A DNA stretch of 64,000 bases from contig OX597814.1 in assembly GCA_951406725.2 (NCBI GenBank), positions 152,892,001 through 152,956,000 on the forward strand, read 5' to 3'. Origin of the DNA: Octopus vulgaris. Lineage: Eukaryota. The notes under the pieces were generated by a model. The model searched no databases. It saw only the letters and a list, made by a program, of their open reading frames with translations, and had not been told where the DNA came from. Below, one piece after another: positions 35,961 to 48,521 of this stretch. How positions within the stretch are numbered: the first letter of the stretch is position 1; the number at the start of each line of letters is the position of its first letter. A program made the position numbers and the translations under genes.

Positions 35961-36330
35961 CTAGAAGATAAGTGGACACATTCCTGAAATTTTTACAGCA
36001 ATGCTATCGAAGTCGATTTCTCATTTTCATTCAAACAATAGTTTGTTGAATATGAGCGGACTTCGGCGAGAGTTTAAAAAGAAGCACGAGAGTTTCAATC
36101 TGCGGAGTCGTGCTGTCGCTGTCTTACGAGCACATTTCTCAAAATGTATTTGCTTAAAAGCGCGCGCGCACACACATAATAGTAATATAGTGAGCTGCAA
36201 AACTTAACTTTAGTTCACAGAGATTATCAACTGAGCGTCGGCAAAACTCACCTTTAAAGCGTTTAAAATATACATTCTGTCAACTTAGTTTATTGGGGGT
36301 TATCTCCAGTTGTTTGTTTTCAACTTGAAG
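35961..36330 (-). promoter_or_regulatory. Candidate 5' UTR exon(s)/promoter of the TIR-HEAT gene
   Basis: Apparently non-repetitive, CpG-rich stretch with two minus-strand donors: CTAG|gtatgc (exon end 35961) and AAAG|gtgagt (exon end 36252). Inference only. Confidence 0.4.
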
Positions 36331-36664
36331 TATCTTTAAAAGCTTCAATTTACTCATTGTTGAAACACTTTATGCTATATATATATGGGACCCAAGTACT
36401 TGTATTTAGTGTAAAGTATGTGTCTCTGTGAGAGTGATTGTTCATATATAAGTGAAAATGGGCGAACGGAAACTGTGCAGAATTTCAAACGTTGCACTCT
36501 GTGACACGCTTGTTCTACCTGAGGATTCCGTTAAAGACACACCTGTCTGCGGAACATATAGTCACAGTCGTTCACATAGGAAGTAATTCAGTTAATCGGA
36601 TACCTAAATATTCATTGTCAAAACCGTCGGAAATACATTCACTTCATATGTTTATTGTGCGTGT

Positions 36665-36893
36665 AAGGCGGCGGAGCTGGCAGAATCGTTAGCACGCCGA
36701 GCGAAATGCGGTATTTCGTCTGCCGTTACGTTCTGAGTTCAAATTCCGCCGGGGTCAACTTTGCCTTTCATCCTTTCGGGGTCGATAAATTAAGTACCAG
36801 TTACGCACTAGGGGCGATGTAATCGACTTAACCCGTTTGTCTGTCCTTGTTTGTCCTCTCTGTGTTTAGCCCCTTGTGGGTAGTAAAGAAATA
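36665..36893 (+). mobile_element. SINE family B, well preserved
   Basis: aaggcggcggagctggcagaatcgttagc...gagttcaaattccgcc...ctttgcctttcatcctttcggggtcgataaattaagtaccag...ccccttgtgggtagtaaagaaata. Confidence 0.85.
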
Positions 36894-37020
36894 GATATTT
36901 ATTGTGCGTGTATTTGTGTATAGTATTTCCTTAACAGTTACTAACCAAACAATAACAGACAAATTAGCAAGGCATACCTATACATGTGTACCTGCAACAT
37001 TCGTCATAAAAATCGATATA

Positions 37021-38281
37021 CTGGGTCATCCCATAAATAATGCGTTTTTTTTTTTTAATTGCATGAACTAAAAGTCAGGGGTGGGGATAACTACCCGCAT
37101 CAACTTGCTATAGAAGCAGGTAGTTACTTTGTCCTTATTCTTGGTGCAAATTTTGAAGAGTGCAGTTCGATTTTAACAGTTATTTTTTCAAAGCTATAAT
37201 GGAAGTGACAAAGAGCATATTCGGCGTTTTGTTTTATGAGTTCAATAAAGGCAACAGCACAACGGGAAGTGCGAGGAATATTAACGCTGTGTATGGGGAT
37301 CGGACAATAAGCGTAAACCAGTGTCAAAGGTGGTTCCAGAAATTCCGAGCCGGAAACAACAGCCTAGAAAACGAGCCACGTCCTGAAAGATCTGTAGAGC
37401 TCGGCGAGCTCCTGCAAACCCTGCTGGAACAAAATCCCATCGAAACTGTTGATGAACTAGCAGAGAAGCTTGTATTTGGTCATTCAACTATTCATCGACA
37501 CCTGCGTGCCATTCGAAAAATCAGGCAAATTGGATCAATGGATTCCTTAAACTTGCCGAATCTATTCGCGCGGAGAGAGTGAATGTGTGCTCTTCTTTGG
37601 TCTCTTACGTCTCGCGAATGAACCTTTTTTTGAACCGAATAGTGACTGGTGATGAGAAATGGGTCTCTATAAAATGTCAAGTGCCGAAGACAATGGGTAG
37701 GGAAAGGAGAAACACCGGCACCCTAGGCTAAAGAAGGCCTTCACCCACGTAAGGTGTTGTTATCTGTTTGGTAGAATATGAAAGGTTTAATCCACTTTGA
37801 AATTTTAAACCCAAACCAAACGATAACACGGGAGATCTACTGCGAGTAGCTTGAGCGGCTTAAGTCTGCGCTAGAAGAAAAACAACCAACTTTACTTTCA
37901 AGACGAAAGGTGTTCTATCAGGACAACGCACGGCCACATACAGCGAGGATGACATTCCAAAGGCTGGAGCAGTTTGATGGAAAACGATGCCCCACCCACC
38001 ATAATCGCCGGACATTGACCCATCTGATTACTATTTATTCCGCAATCTTCAAAATCATTTGGGCGGAAAAAATATGAATTTTGTAAACGAGGTCAGAATA
38101 GTTCTAGAGGAGTGTTTTTCGTTACGGACAAGCGAATTTTGGAAGAGGGGCCTTGCAAGTCTACCAGATAGATGGAAGGGCATTGAAGAAAATGGAAGGA
38201 GAGTATATTTTAGATTAAAAAAAAAAAGAACTTTGTTTATCTTAATTTTGAAAAATAAAAGAAGTATATGGGATGACCCAA
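37021..38281 (+). mobile_element. Full-length, inactivated mariner transposon (1261 bp)
   Basis: TA|ctgggtcatcccata...tatgggatgacccaa|TA. Transposase remnants RNINAVYG...QRWFQKFR.G, IVTGDEKW, LHPRKVLLSVW, QDNARPH, HPP*SPDIDPSDYYLF, GLASLPDRW; several stops and frameshifts. Confidence 0.95.
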
Positions 38282-38495
38282 TATTGTAATGGAATTTTCT
38301 ACAATATACTTTTCAGATGGTGTAGATTGGAATTGGTCCGGAAAACTTTTTTCCGAGGGTGGAGAGAGCAGTTTCGGTAAATTCACACGAGTCAGCTTTG
38401 TTTTCTCATAACTTTCAGAAAAAGGGTTTTTTAGTGAAATTTTCTACAAATATTTTTCAGCTGGTGTACATTACGATTATATTTAATATATACTT

Positions 38496-38530
<35 letters not shown>

Positions 38531-38583
38531 CTTCGTGGCCTCGCATACATGCATCCATATTGATACACATCACATATTTACAT

Positions 38584-38736
38584 GGATGGTACCCAACCCT
38601 TTTATTTAAATAAGTTTTCCAACGGACCCCTTTTAATATGCTTATCCGTATATGAAATTTTGAATTTAGTTCACGGACCCCAGTACTACCTTCGCGGGCC
38701 ACCAGAGGTCTGCAGACCCCAGGTTGGGAACCACTG
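38584..38736. mobile_element. hAT (Charlie-like) MITE
   Basis: Ends tggtacccaacc ... ggttgggaaccactg (CAGTGGTTCCCAACC-type TIR), internal ggacccc motifs. Confidence 0.6.
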
Positions 38737-38859
38737 ATCTACATAATGAAATTTAAAATTTTGAAAAAAATTGTGATGTGTTAGTTGAAGGGTGAACCAA
38801 ACATCTGTACTACTTACTGTAGTGTATGCCTGTAAGACATGAGCAGTTTATGAACACCA

Positions 38860-39205
38860 CGTCAAAAACCGAAACTGCTTTCACATGAACTGTTGGAGAA
38901 AGCTGCTGAAAAGCACCTGGCATAACAAGGTCGCTTGCGCGAATGCCCGACACGTCTCCCCAAGAGGCTGTTTAATAGTGAACTGGCAGGAACCAAGCGC
39001 ACGCAAGGTGGACAGAAAAAGCATGTCAAGGACACACTCAAAACCTCACTAAAATGCTTTGAGATTAACCCCGGCACCTGGGAATTATAAACCCAAGACC
39101 ACCCTGCCTGGTGAAGCCGCACCAGCAGAGGTGCCGCCTCCTACGAACAGAACAGGACTGGAGGGACACAAAGAAAACGCAAACTGCGCAAGTCCAGAGA
39201 CACTG
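38860..39205 (+). mobile_element. RTE/BovB-like LINE 3' fragment
   Basis: Peptide RLPKRLFNSELAGTKRTQGGQKKHVKDTLKTSLKCFEINPGTWE...DHPAW...GAASYEQNR...RKRKLRKSR is characteristic of RTE-BovB C-termini; contains stops. Confidence 0.8.
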
Positions 39206-40897
39206 TTTATCTTCTTCCTGTAGACCACCTGTGTCAATTAGGACTTCAAGAATACAATGTTGAGTGAACGCCAGAAAGAAAAAGATGAAGACAGATATGC
39301 GGAGAGAAAGAGAGAGGGGAAGGAGAGCAATGAGCAAATATGAAAAAGTCAAATGAAAAAAAATGAGCCAGTCTTATATGTAATTTTAAAACTATACAGT
39401 TAATGTGTGTAAATTTATCTCCGATTGTTTACAAAGCGTTAACAACTATTCAAACTCAAGAACTAGCATATCTGAAACCTACTGGAGGCTTTCAAATTAA
39501 AAGGAATGCATATATACTGTGCAGTAATGAATCGCAGAGTATTTGCACACCTATACATGGAATGTTAGTAACTATAGACGAATTTGAAAAATGTCTGCCA
39601 CATACATACAAATATATAATGCATGAGGAAATTTGGGTTTGAGAAGATAAAACGAAATGTGTTTAAAACTATTGTATTGCCTAAATGTCTCTTAACTTTG
39701 TTGCAACTATTTAGCATTGAAAATAAATAGTAAAATAAAAAGAACTAAATGTAAATGAGGATTTGTATAATAAAAATTACTATACTCCATGATTTAATTG
39801 TTTGCATTCCATACTCCCTTGTTATTTGTAGAATATGTAGACCAGCCCCAGTTTCAAATTTTAAATCGAGATGTCAAAGAAATTTATGAATTTAAATCAA
39901 TTTTTGAAGAATTGGTGTTACAACATGATTGCCGAAGAATTCTGCATCTTTTATACATTTTGCACTGTAGTACATAATATTTACGTAGTTAATATTACAT
40001 GATACCAAGCTGGCGAGTTGGCAGCATTATTGGCACCCGGGCAAATTGCCTAACGATTTTTGGTTCGTTTTCACGAATGCTGCTGTGGTCGACTTTGCAT
40101 TTTTGCATTTCTTCCTTTCAACGTTGATAAAATAAGTACCAGTTGAGCAACGACATCGATTTAACCCCTCCCTCGAAAATTGCTGGCTTTGTGCCAACAT
40201 TTGAAACTAATATTACGTGATTGTAACTTAACTTTTGAAATTAAATTTACCACATTAAAACGTCAAGGATGGAATGTCTGATCATAGGCTCGCTCAGCTG
40301 AGGCTGAGCTGGGGCTAAACAACAATAACAGCTATAGATTTTGGAGAGGCATGGGGTAAGACGTGAAGTCGTTGTATTAGACACTCAGTACTAAACAAGA
40401 CAGGTTATCGACCCAAGAGGATTTGGAGTCGAAAAGCAACGAGACGAAACTAAATACTGCTTGTCTATCTCTCTCATTAACGAAAGGTATTATATTGAGA
40501 TTTACAAGTGGTTAGTTATGTTATGTTAGTTCAACTTGGTGGGGTTATTTTGGGGTTTTTTTTTCTTCTTTTTACTTGTACTCGACAACCATTTCTTGAC
40601 TGACTTTCTGTCTATTTTTGTTAGAAAACAACGCCTCCGCTTCCACCAAATAAAAACCATACGTTGCTGAAAATACCAACGTAATGCAAAATCAAGTTTA
40701 CTATTGATTTTCCTGTTATAAATTGAGGTGCAGTACGATGGATTTTTTCCGGAGGGAAAAATAAAGAAAAAACTCTGACGAACAGCAACACGACCGCTTG
40801 TATGCATGAAAATAACTTCTAAATGCACACTATACAACCACAAAAGATACTGACTACAGCGTGAGTACTATAGCGAAGCTAGAGTGTGTTGCCCGGG

Positions 40898-42838
40898 GCA
40901 CGAAATTTTTTTTCTTCCACGGAGTTCTGGACCCCAGTTATAAACTCATTTGCATACAGCCAATCAGAGCTCAACTATCAAACTAGTGTCTATCTAGTCA
41001 CGAAAATACTCTGGTTGAGTTCAGTGGAAAATGTGCGTTATAACAAACGGTTTAATAGGGGTGACAAATGTGAAATTTAGTATATAAAGTGAATGGAGAG
41101 CTGCTCACCTATGATGCCATAAGTGTTGCCAATTTGTGTAATTTACTAGAAAATGTAAATGAGTGTAGTTTCCTAATTTTTTGACTGATTTTGTACATTC
41201 CTAATTTAAAATGTTGGTGTTGATCCGGAAACATCGTAATCAATATGACGTTGTGTCATTTTGCGTCCTCTTTGTATGTATCAATGGGTAGATGCAGTAT
41301 CACTAATCTCAGTCTGAGCATAGGTACCTAATGTTAGCTCCATATAGAGATGGTGCTCAACTGATCTATGAGGATGGTGTGGGAGATGTGGTGCTTATGT
41401 GAGACCTGCTATGCTGTACTCACAGTGTGACATACACCATTCTATGCCCGACTGGCTGTACACAGTATGTGGATTTTCAAGGTGAGCTCCGATTGGTTGT
41501 ATGCAAATGAGTTCGTTACTGGAATCCAGAACCCTCGCGAGAAAAAAGTTTCGCGTCCCGGACCCCAGTAATGAACTCATTTGCATACAGCCAACCAGAA
41601 CAGAGCAACTTTTATCCTTTCTAGTCAGCACCGTACATTCCTTATTCTTTCCCTCTACTGGCAGACGGCAACCTTTTTGTCACTATTGAAAAAAATTTCA
41701 CTATCACTGCAAGTACTACTGTGTCTCTAACTACCTGTCAGGCAAACGAATAAATATATGTAAATAATATTTCTTCTTTCTTGGCATTGATCCTTCGATT
41801 GTTCACTGGTTACTCAGACGTTGGCACAATAATACATTTGCCCAAACTGAATTACTGGAATTATTTCATTTTTCTCAGAAAAGTGTTTTTAAAAAGTTAT
41901 AAAGCTTGATCATTTTCCAGACAGGAAACAGGATTTTGAAGCTGTCATTTTGTGCGAGACAAAATAGCACATGTCAATATTTGTGAATAACACGTGTTAT
42001 GGCTCCAGTAATTTTCTTTCATGTAAATAAATGTTTATGTTAATTTAAAAGAGAAAAACGTGGATGTGTCTGTGGCTTACGATTGACTAAAATTACCAAA
42101 ATGTTCAAACTTTAATTACTAATAGCTCTTTATTTATTGATTTATAGCGAAAATTACATTCACTTCATTAATTAGCCTATAAAAGCGTATCATTACACTG
42201 AATGTGACATCAATTTGAACAGAAAATTGACGCTGGCAACCAAACAGAAAAGATTTTTAAAAATAGTCACGAAAATGGGAGTACTAAAAAATTTTGCTGA
42301 GTACTATTATATTATTAGTAGTAAATTATAGATCTATTTATTATAACTAGCTGGACATGTGAAAAATTCACAGAAAATATTTAAAAAATGTAAGCATTTT
42401 AAGGATGTTGACAACAAAATGCAGTCATGCACAAAATCACAGCTTCCAAATCCTGTTTCCTGACTGGGTGAAAAAGATCAAACTATAAAGCTCTATAACT
42501 TTTTAAAGACATTTTTCTGGAAAAAATCAAATAACTCCAGCAATTCAGTTTGGGCAAGTGTATTATTGTGCCACCGTGGGAGTAACCAGTGAACATCGAA
42601 GGATCAACGCCAAGAAGGAAGAAATATTATTTACATATCTTTATTTGTTTGCCTGACAGGTAGAGAGACAGTAGCAAGACGGAGAAGTTGTTGTCTGCCA
42701 GTAGAGAGGGAAAGAATAAGGAATGCATGGTGCTGACTGGAAAGGAAGAAAGGATAAAAGGTGGCTCTGCTCTGATTGGCTGTATGCAAATGAGTTCATT
42801 ACTGGGGTCCGGAACACTCGTGGAAAAAAATTTTGTGC
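40898..42838. mobile_element. Composite foldback element with four octamer+CCAAT terminal modules
   Basis: Outer ends gcacgaaattttt...ggaccccag / ctggggtcc...aaaattttgtgc are inverted; sub-element A (40898-41555) has about 75-bp TIRs and sub-element B (41556-42838) has about 400-bp inverted arms. Confidence 0.8.
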
Positions 42839-43764
42839 TCAGTCCGGCCCTTCCGTTTGCTGCCCCCTGACCCCTCAGAAAGATCACTTCGCAATCACAT
42901 TGTTCGGTGTGTGGAAACTACATTTATTTTTCAGGCCAAGATTGGCTGACCAGGTGGGAAAACTTTCTTTGTCCTGTCAAAAGTGATGGATGAGTTTCCA
43001 CTTGACCTCCGACCTGGCTGTGTCATAGAAAGTTCAGATGGACAGCCAGTGACCTAAATAGGTAGGTACAAGCCACTTTTATAATGGTATATCCATCCTT
43101 CTAGCTAGAATGGGCCATTATAAATATGAGTTCCATAGGAGACACGGACAGTCAGCACTGATTTAGATGGTGAGCACTGTGAGCAGAGCAACATGCAAGA
43201 GTTAGCAGTTGCACATCACAGAACAGACAAGATAGTCTTGTCTTGTCTTGAGACAGCATTCACCCGGGGTGTGTTGAGCTGGCTTCATTCATCCTCAATG
43301 CTGCATCTCTCACAAATGCTGACCAGACCTGGCGATTTGAGGCTAACGACCGCGTGATCTCCAACCACTCCTTATTCCAGTGGTGAACGCCGTAGATAGG
43401 GTTCCAGATCAGCCTTGACTGTCATCAGCCAGGTTTTTCGCTGTCCACCACATCGCTTTCGCCAACCCTGAAGATAGAGAAACAACACAACAGAGGCTAA
43501 TGATGAATGCACACAGAGACACAAAATATGTCTTTGTACTATCTCGTCCCATCAACATTCTCTTTCCTCCATTTTTACTTTGCCAACTCAAAGTAGTTGG
43601 CTACATTATGTAGCAGCATATTTGTTTCAAATATCCAACAAAAGTGAATATACAGTGACCAAATAAATAATGTAAACTACATTCCTATTCTTACTTCATT
43701 GTTTTCCATCGATGCCGGTCCAGCACACCTAGCATTGTCTGCTACACCTGACAACTTCAATTTC

Positions 43765-44100
43765 ATTCATTGTTCGACCGTGGTCGAGACAATGGAATTT
43801 ACTATGTTACGCCAGATTTCACGGCCCATCATAGCATTATGGAGGTCCTGTTGCTGGATGCCTGTGTCCCTGGAGATTACATCAGGGTAGGAGAGTGTGC
43901 ACCCACTGGTATTGTGAGCAGATGGCTTCCAAATGAGTAGAAATTACCTGACAACTTACATTGATCCCTCAACGTCATATACCGCTACAGGTGTTCAATA
44001 TCTCTACAGAATACTGAAGGCAAATGCCTTTGAATAAATCTAAGCAGGCGAAAGTGCATGGAAACTTGCCAGATAGACTATAGTTGTTTCTAGTTAGTAG
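43765..44100 (-). mobile_element. RTE-like LINE 3' fragment
   Basis: Minus strand WKPSAHNTSGCTLSYPDVISRDTGIQQQDLHNAMMGREIWRNIV resembles RTE C-terminal GRP..TY.D.I..DTG...L...M.DR..WR. Confidence 0.6.
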
Positions 44101-45960
44101 ATTTGTTCCATCACCTGATTTAACACAATCACTTGGCCCTTGAGTGTAAGCATTCTGATCAAGACTAGTTTCAGGATAACTTGATAATTTGAAATGTTGC
44201 TTTTGGCTGCAGTAACTCACTGTCATGGCTTTCTATCTTCTACCTAACTAAGCAGAAGAAGGAAACTTCTCAAGAGTAAGATATTGCAAAAAAAAAAAAA
44301 AAAAAAAAAGAATACATGAGAAATGTATCAGTATTTTATAAATAGATAATGAGTGTAATACAACCTCATATATGAAAACTGAAGCAAACATTTGTTGGAA
44401 TAACCAAGATGGTATAAACGAAAGTAAAATGATAGAGGCAAGGAAACTACTTGATGGTCCAAGCTGGCAATTAGTAAGTACAAAATGTGCACAATATGGT
44501 ATATGTAAAGCTGAATATTAAATGCAGAAAACATTAAAAAAATCTTATCAGAAATACTAATGCTGTGAAGAGAAGAAAACATGCACTCAACATTATATGT
44601 TGCTTTGAAGAGGAGGAGCAATCTGATTTTGGTGTAGGGTTCTTCCTTGAAGATAATACAAACACTGATTGAATGCCACCACTTCTTTTATCAAGGAATA
44701 AACAATAACAAATCTAAGCATCTGTTGTAGTTAACATACAAAGAAATAAACTTAATCAGATAACATATGTCATACTGTACTGATAAAACCTGTGTTAGTT
44801 TATTTGTCAAATTCTGAAGTTTAAAAGATAAAAGCATTTGTTAAAGGAAATATATTGCAAACTACTTTAACATATTGTGTTATGAAAATCCAACAAATAG
44901 TTCTCTTTGCAATTAACTGGTTTCTGGTACAGTTCCACTGGGTTCCTGTTTTGTCTCAAGTCAGCCCTGATAACAAAACACCTATGAGCAAGACATTCCA
45001 GCCAGAATTATTACATCATATTTTCAAACTGTGTATTAAGGATTACATTATTCAAGGTGTCCTTTTCCTTAACCAACAAGCTTAGATATGATGAAGACTT
45101 GCCTACAATTTGTAGCAGGAAAAGCAACCATGTAGAGCAGGCACATGCTATCTAGGCAGTTGGTGATGTTTATGTTGTAAAACATGTAAAAAAAATAATA
45201 AAATAAGCGAAACACAGGCGTGCAACTGAGCTGGACATAAAATTACTTTTGCCTTTATAGCATGTAAAGAAAACGTAAGCATGTACACAGCACATGTACT
45301 ACAGCAGTACTATACATAGTTTTAATACTGAAATTGAAAGGTGAGGCAAATTATGTTTCCCTAATCCACAAAAACGTTTGCATAGTAATCAGAGCAACCT
45401 TCATAATTTTATTGAATTAGGCGCATATTTTGCCATAAAAGGAAAATGTTACTATCAATCTATTTCATTCAGGGTAAGCACTGCCTACCTTGCCTACTCA
45501 GGCAGCACATCCCTGATGTAGAAGCACTTTGTTGGCTAGTAATGCACTAAGGTAGGGTTAGATAGAAATGTAATAATTACACTGTTGTAGCAACATAGCA
45601 GTAGTAGAAAAGACAAAGGATAGACACAGCTTATTTGAGATAAGTGGTTGAATAATACACAATATCATTTTATATGAAAAGAGATGTAACAAACATGTAT
45701 GGTGTATTTCTATAACTTTTAAAATAACTAAACTACTTATTCTGTCAATAATTATATTTAGAAACAACTATATCATACAAAAATGCTGAGATATTAAAAA
45801 TCTTGCCTATCTCTCAATATCAATGATAGCAGCACTTGTAATAAACAACAGTTGTTTCAATTATTTATATCAGTGTTCCTATAAATTATGCATTCTTCAG
45901 TCACTTGCCCATTAGTAAGTTAGGGTTATGGCTAGAACACTTGATCATGGATCTGCTTAA

Positions 45961-46175
45961 CCCTTTCGTTACTGTATTTCTTTTGAGATGTTCTGTGTTT
46001 CTTTCAATTACTTTAAACATAACAAAGAATTTAGTAAATAACTTAGTTATCATCAAAGCTAATGTTAGGAACATAAATTGTGACTAAGGTTTGGTGGAAG
46101 ATTTTAATTCAGAACTTTTGGAAACAAGACATTTGTACTCCAGAGCCAGTTTCAGCCTGGTTGGTAACGAAAGGG
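45961..46175 (+). mobile_element. piggyBac-type MITE (family P2)
   Basis: TTAA|ccctttcgttac...gtaacgaaaggg|TTAA: perfect 12-bp TIR and TTAA duplication. Confidence 0.85.
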
Positions 46176-46272
46176 TTAACCTAAGTAACATTTAATTTTC
46201 CTAAACACTCACCATCCAATCTTATTACTTGTATTTTATTCCTCTTCTTTGTATCTAACTTAAGTCACAGCT

Positions 46273-46374
46273 GGCTTTATGCTAAGTGTTGAGAGGCTAA
46301 AAAGTACAGATGGGACAAGACAACTGTACCTGTCCCTCTGTCCTACTTCAGCCTCTCAATACCAGGCATAAACC
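46273..46374. other. About 100-nt imperfect hairpin
   Basis: tttatgct/ggcataaa, gtgttgagaggct/agcctctcaatac and acagatgggaca/tgtccctctgt are nested complementary pairs around a short loop. Confidence 0.75.
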
Positions 46375-48300
46375 CCTTACTACAAATCCACCCAGTTAAA
46401 AGGGTTTTTTTTTCTTTGTTTTATGAGCTACTTTGCAATTTTACTAGTGTCAGTGTCATGAAAAAAAATGCACCCGATACATTCTGTAAAGTAGTTGGCA
46501 TTAGGAAGAGCATCCAGCCTTAGAAACTATGCCAAAGTAGACATTGGAGCTTGGCACAGTCTTCTGGCTTGTTGGATCCTGTCAAACAATCCAACTCATG
46601 CTAGCATGGAAGATATATGTTAAAATATGATGATGTGTTTCAGTTACTGGACTGCAGCTATGCTGGGCCGCTATCTTCAGGAGTGTTAATCATATGAACT
46701 GAAATATATATTTCAGTCTAGTATTTATTTCATCAATCTCTAAAATTGAATCATTATGTTCTTGACATAACTTGGCTCACAGGTTTACACTTTTAAACAT
46801 AAATACACACACACACATAAACACACATGTATATGCATTTCGGAATACAAAGAGAAGTATTCAATATACATAGAATATATTTATTTACAGCTGTGACTTC
46901 ACTTCATCATACTCTGAGTGTCTATCTATGCATTTACTACAGATGACAAAAGGGAGTGGACCATCAGTTTCAAGTATATATTAGTATAAAGCTTAGTCCT
47001 GAGTAACACTGGACAAAGTTTAAAAACAATATATTAGTTTTTGTTTCCATCAGGCTATATATATCAACTAAAATTAATAAATATGACAATTATTTTTTTG
47101 ATGTGTTTATTCAATATTCTCCTCATGTACTAGAAACAGGGTGTGGTTTAGTATAATAAAGAATGGAGCTATTTTTATAAGTGGCTTTCATCTAAAATCC
47201 ACAGAGAAATACAAAATTAGCCCATCTTTTAACTTTTATTTGTTCCAGTCATTGGACTGTGGCCATGCTGGGATACTGCCTCAAGGGCTTCAGTCAAACA
47301 AATCAACCCCAGTACTTACCTAATTAGTTTCTTTTGCCTAACAGCTAAGTTACAGAGATATAAACAAACCAACACCAGTTAGGAGTGGGGACACACACAC
47401 CACATATGACTGGCTTTCATACAGTTTCCATCAACCAAATTCACTCATGATGTATTGCTCAGCCCAGGGGTGTAGTAGAAGACACTTGCTAAGGTTCCAT
47501 GGCTATATTGATACAGAATTTGTTTATAATTTAGGCAGAAGGTCAACAATTTTCATGGCAGGGAGTTAGTTGATTACTTCAAGTTCAGTACTTGACCAGT
47601 GCTTTTATTTTACTGACCCATGGGTGATGAAAGGCAAAGTTGATTTCAGCAGGACTTGAATTCAGAATGTAAAGAGTTATAACAAACACCGCAAAGCATC
47701 TTTTTTCCAAAGTTCTAATGACTGCCAATACCCCACCCTCATATCATTTATCCTTTGCTTATTTCACTCATTGGACTGCGGTCATGCTAGGGCACTGCCT
47801 TGAAGGGTTGAACCAAACAAACTTCCCCCAGTACTTATTTATTTCAAGTCCGATACTTATTTCTATTGGTCTCTGCCTCTTCTGCTAAACCCATAAATTA
47901 CAGAGATATAAACAAAATAGCACTACTTGTCAAGCAGTGGAGCAGGGACAGACAACACACACACAGTTTCCATGCATCAAATTCACTAACAAGGTACAGG
48001 TTGTCCCAAGGCTATTGTAGAAGACACTTGCCCAAGGTGGTACACAGTGGGACTGAACCCGAAACCACATGGTCACAGAGCAAACTTCTAAACAGCATAG
48101 CCATACCTCACCTATATATTAAATATAAGTCAAATATATAAATATAATGCTTATAAAACAGCTATTTTTAACCATAGATTTCATGCTCCATTGAAGTAGA
48201 CTGGAAAATATTTCTCCATAAATCTTTATGAAAACCATTCACAAAAATAGTTTTCTTCCTTCCCATGTTATAGCAAATCATATGAGTAAAAACTGATTAA

Positions 48301-48521
48301 CTCTTTTGTTACCAACCCAGCTGAAACCATCTCTGGCTCTGAGTACAAATGTCTTGTTTTCATAAGTTTTGAATTAAAAACATTCCACCAAACCTTAGTC
48401 TTAATTTATGTTCCTAACACTAGCTTAATGGTAACTAAGTTATTTTACTAAATTCTTTATTATATTTAAAGTAATTGAAAGAAACACAGAGCATCTCAAA
48501 ATAAATACAGTAATGAAAGGG
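48301..48521 (-). mobile_element. piggyBac-type MITE (family P2), inverted relative to the 45961 copy
   Basis: ttaa-ctcttttgttaccaacccagctgaaac...acagtaatgaaaggg-gtaa; reverse complement of 45961-46175 along its length. Confidence 0.8.

Noticed and set aside
37160-37582. Functional transposase or SETMAR-like gene
   Set aside because: Part of a mariner copy with frameshifts and stops; no SET domain or splice linkage seen.
43000-43470. GC-richer stretch that might be an exon or LINE endonuclease fragment
   Set aside because: No convincing motif or clean splice-bounded frame could be identified by eye.
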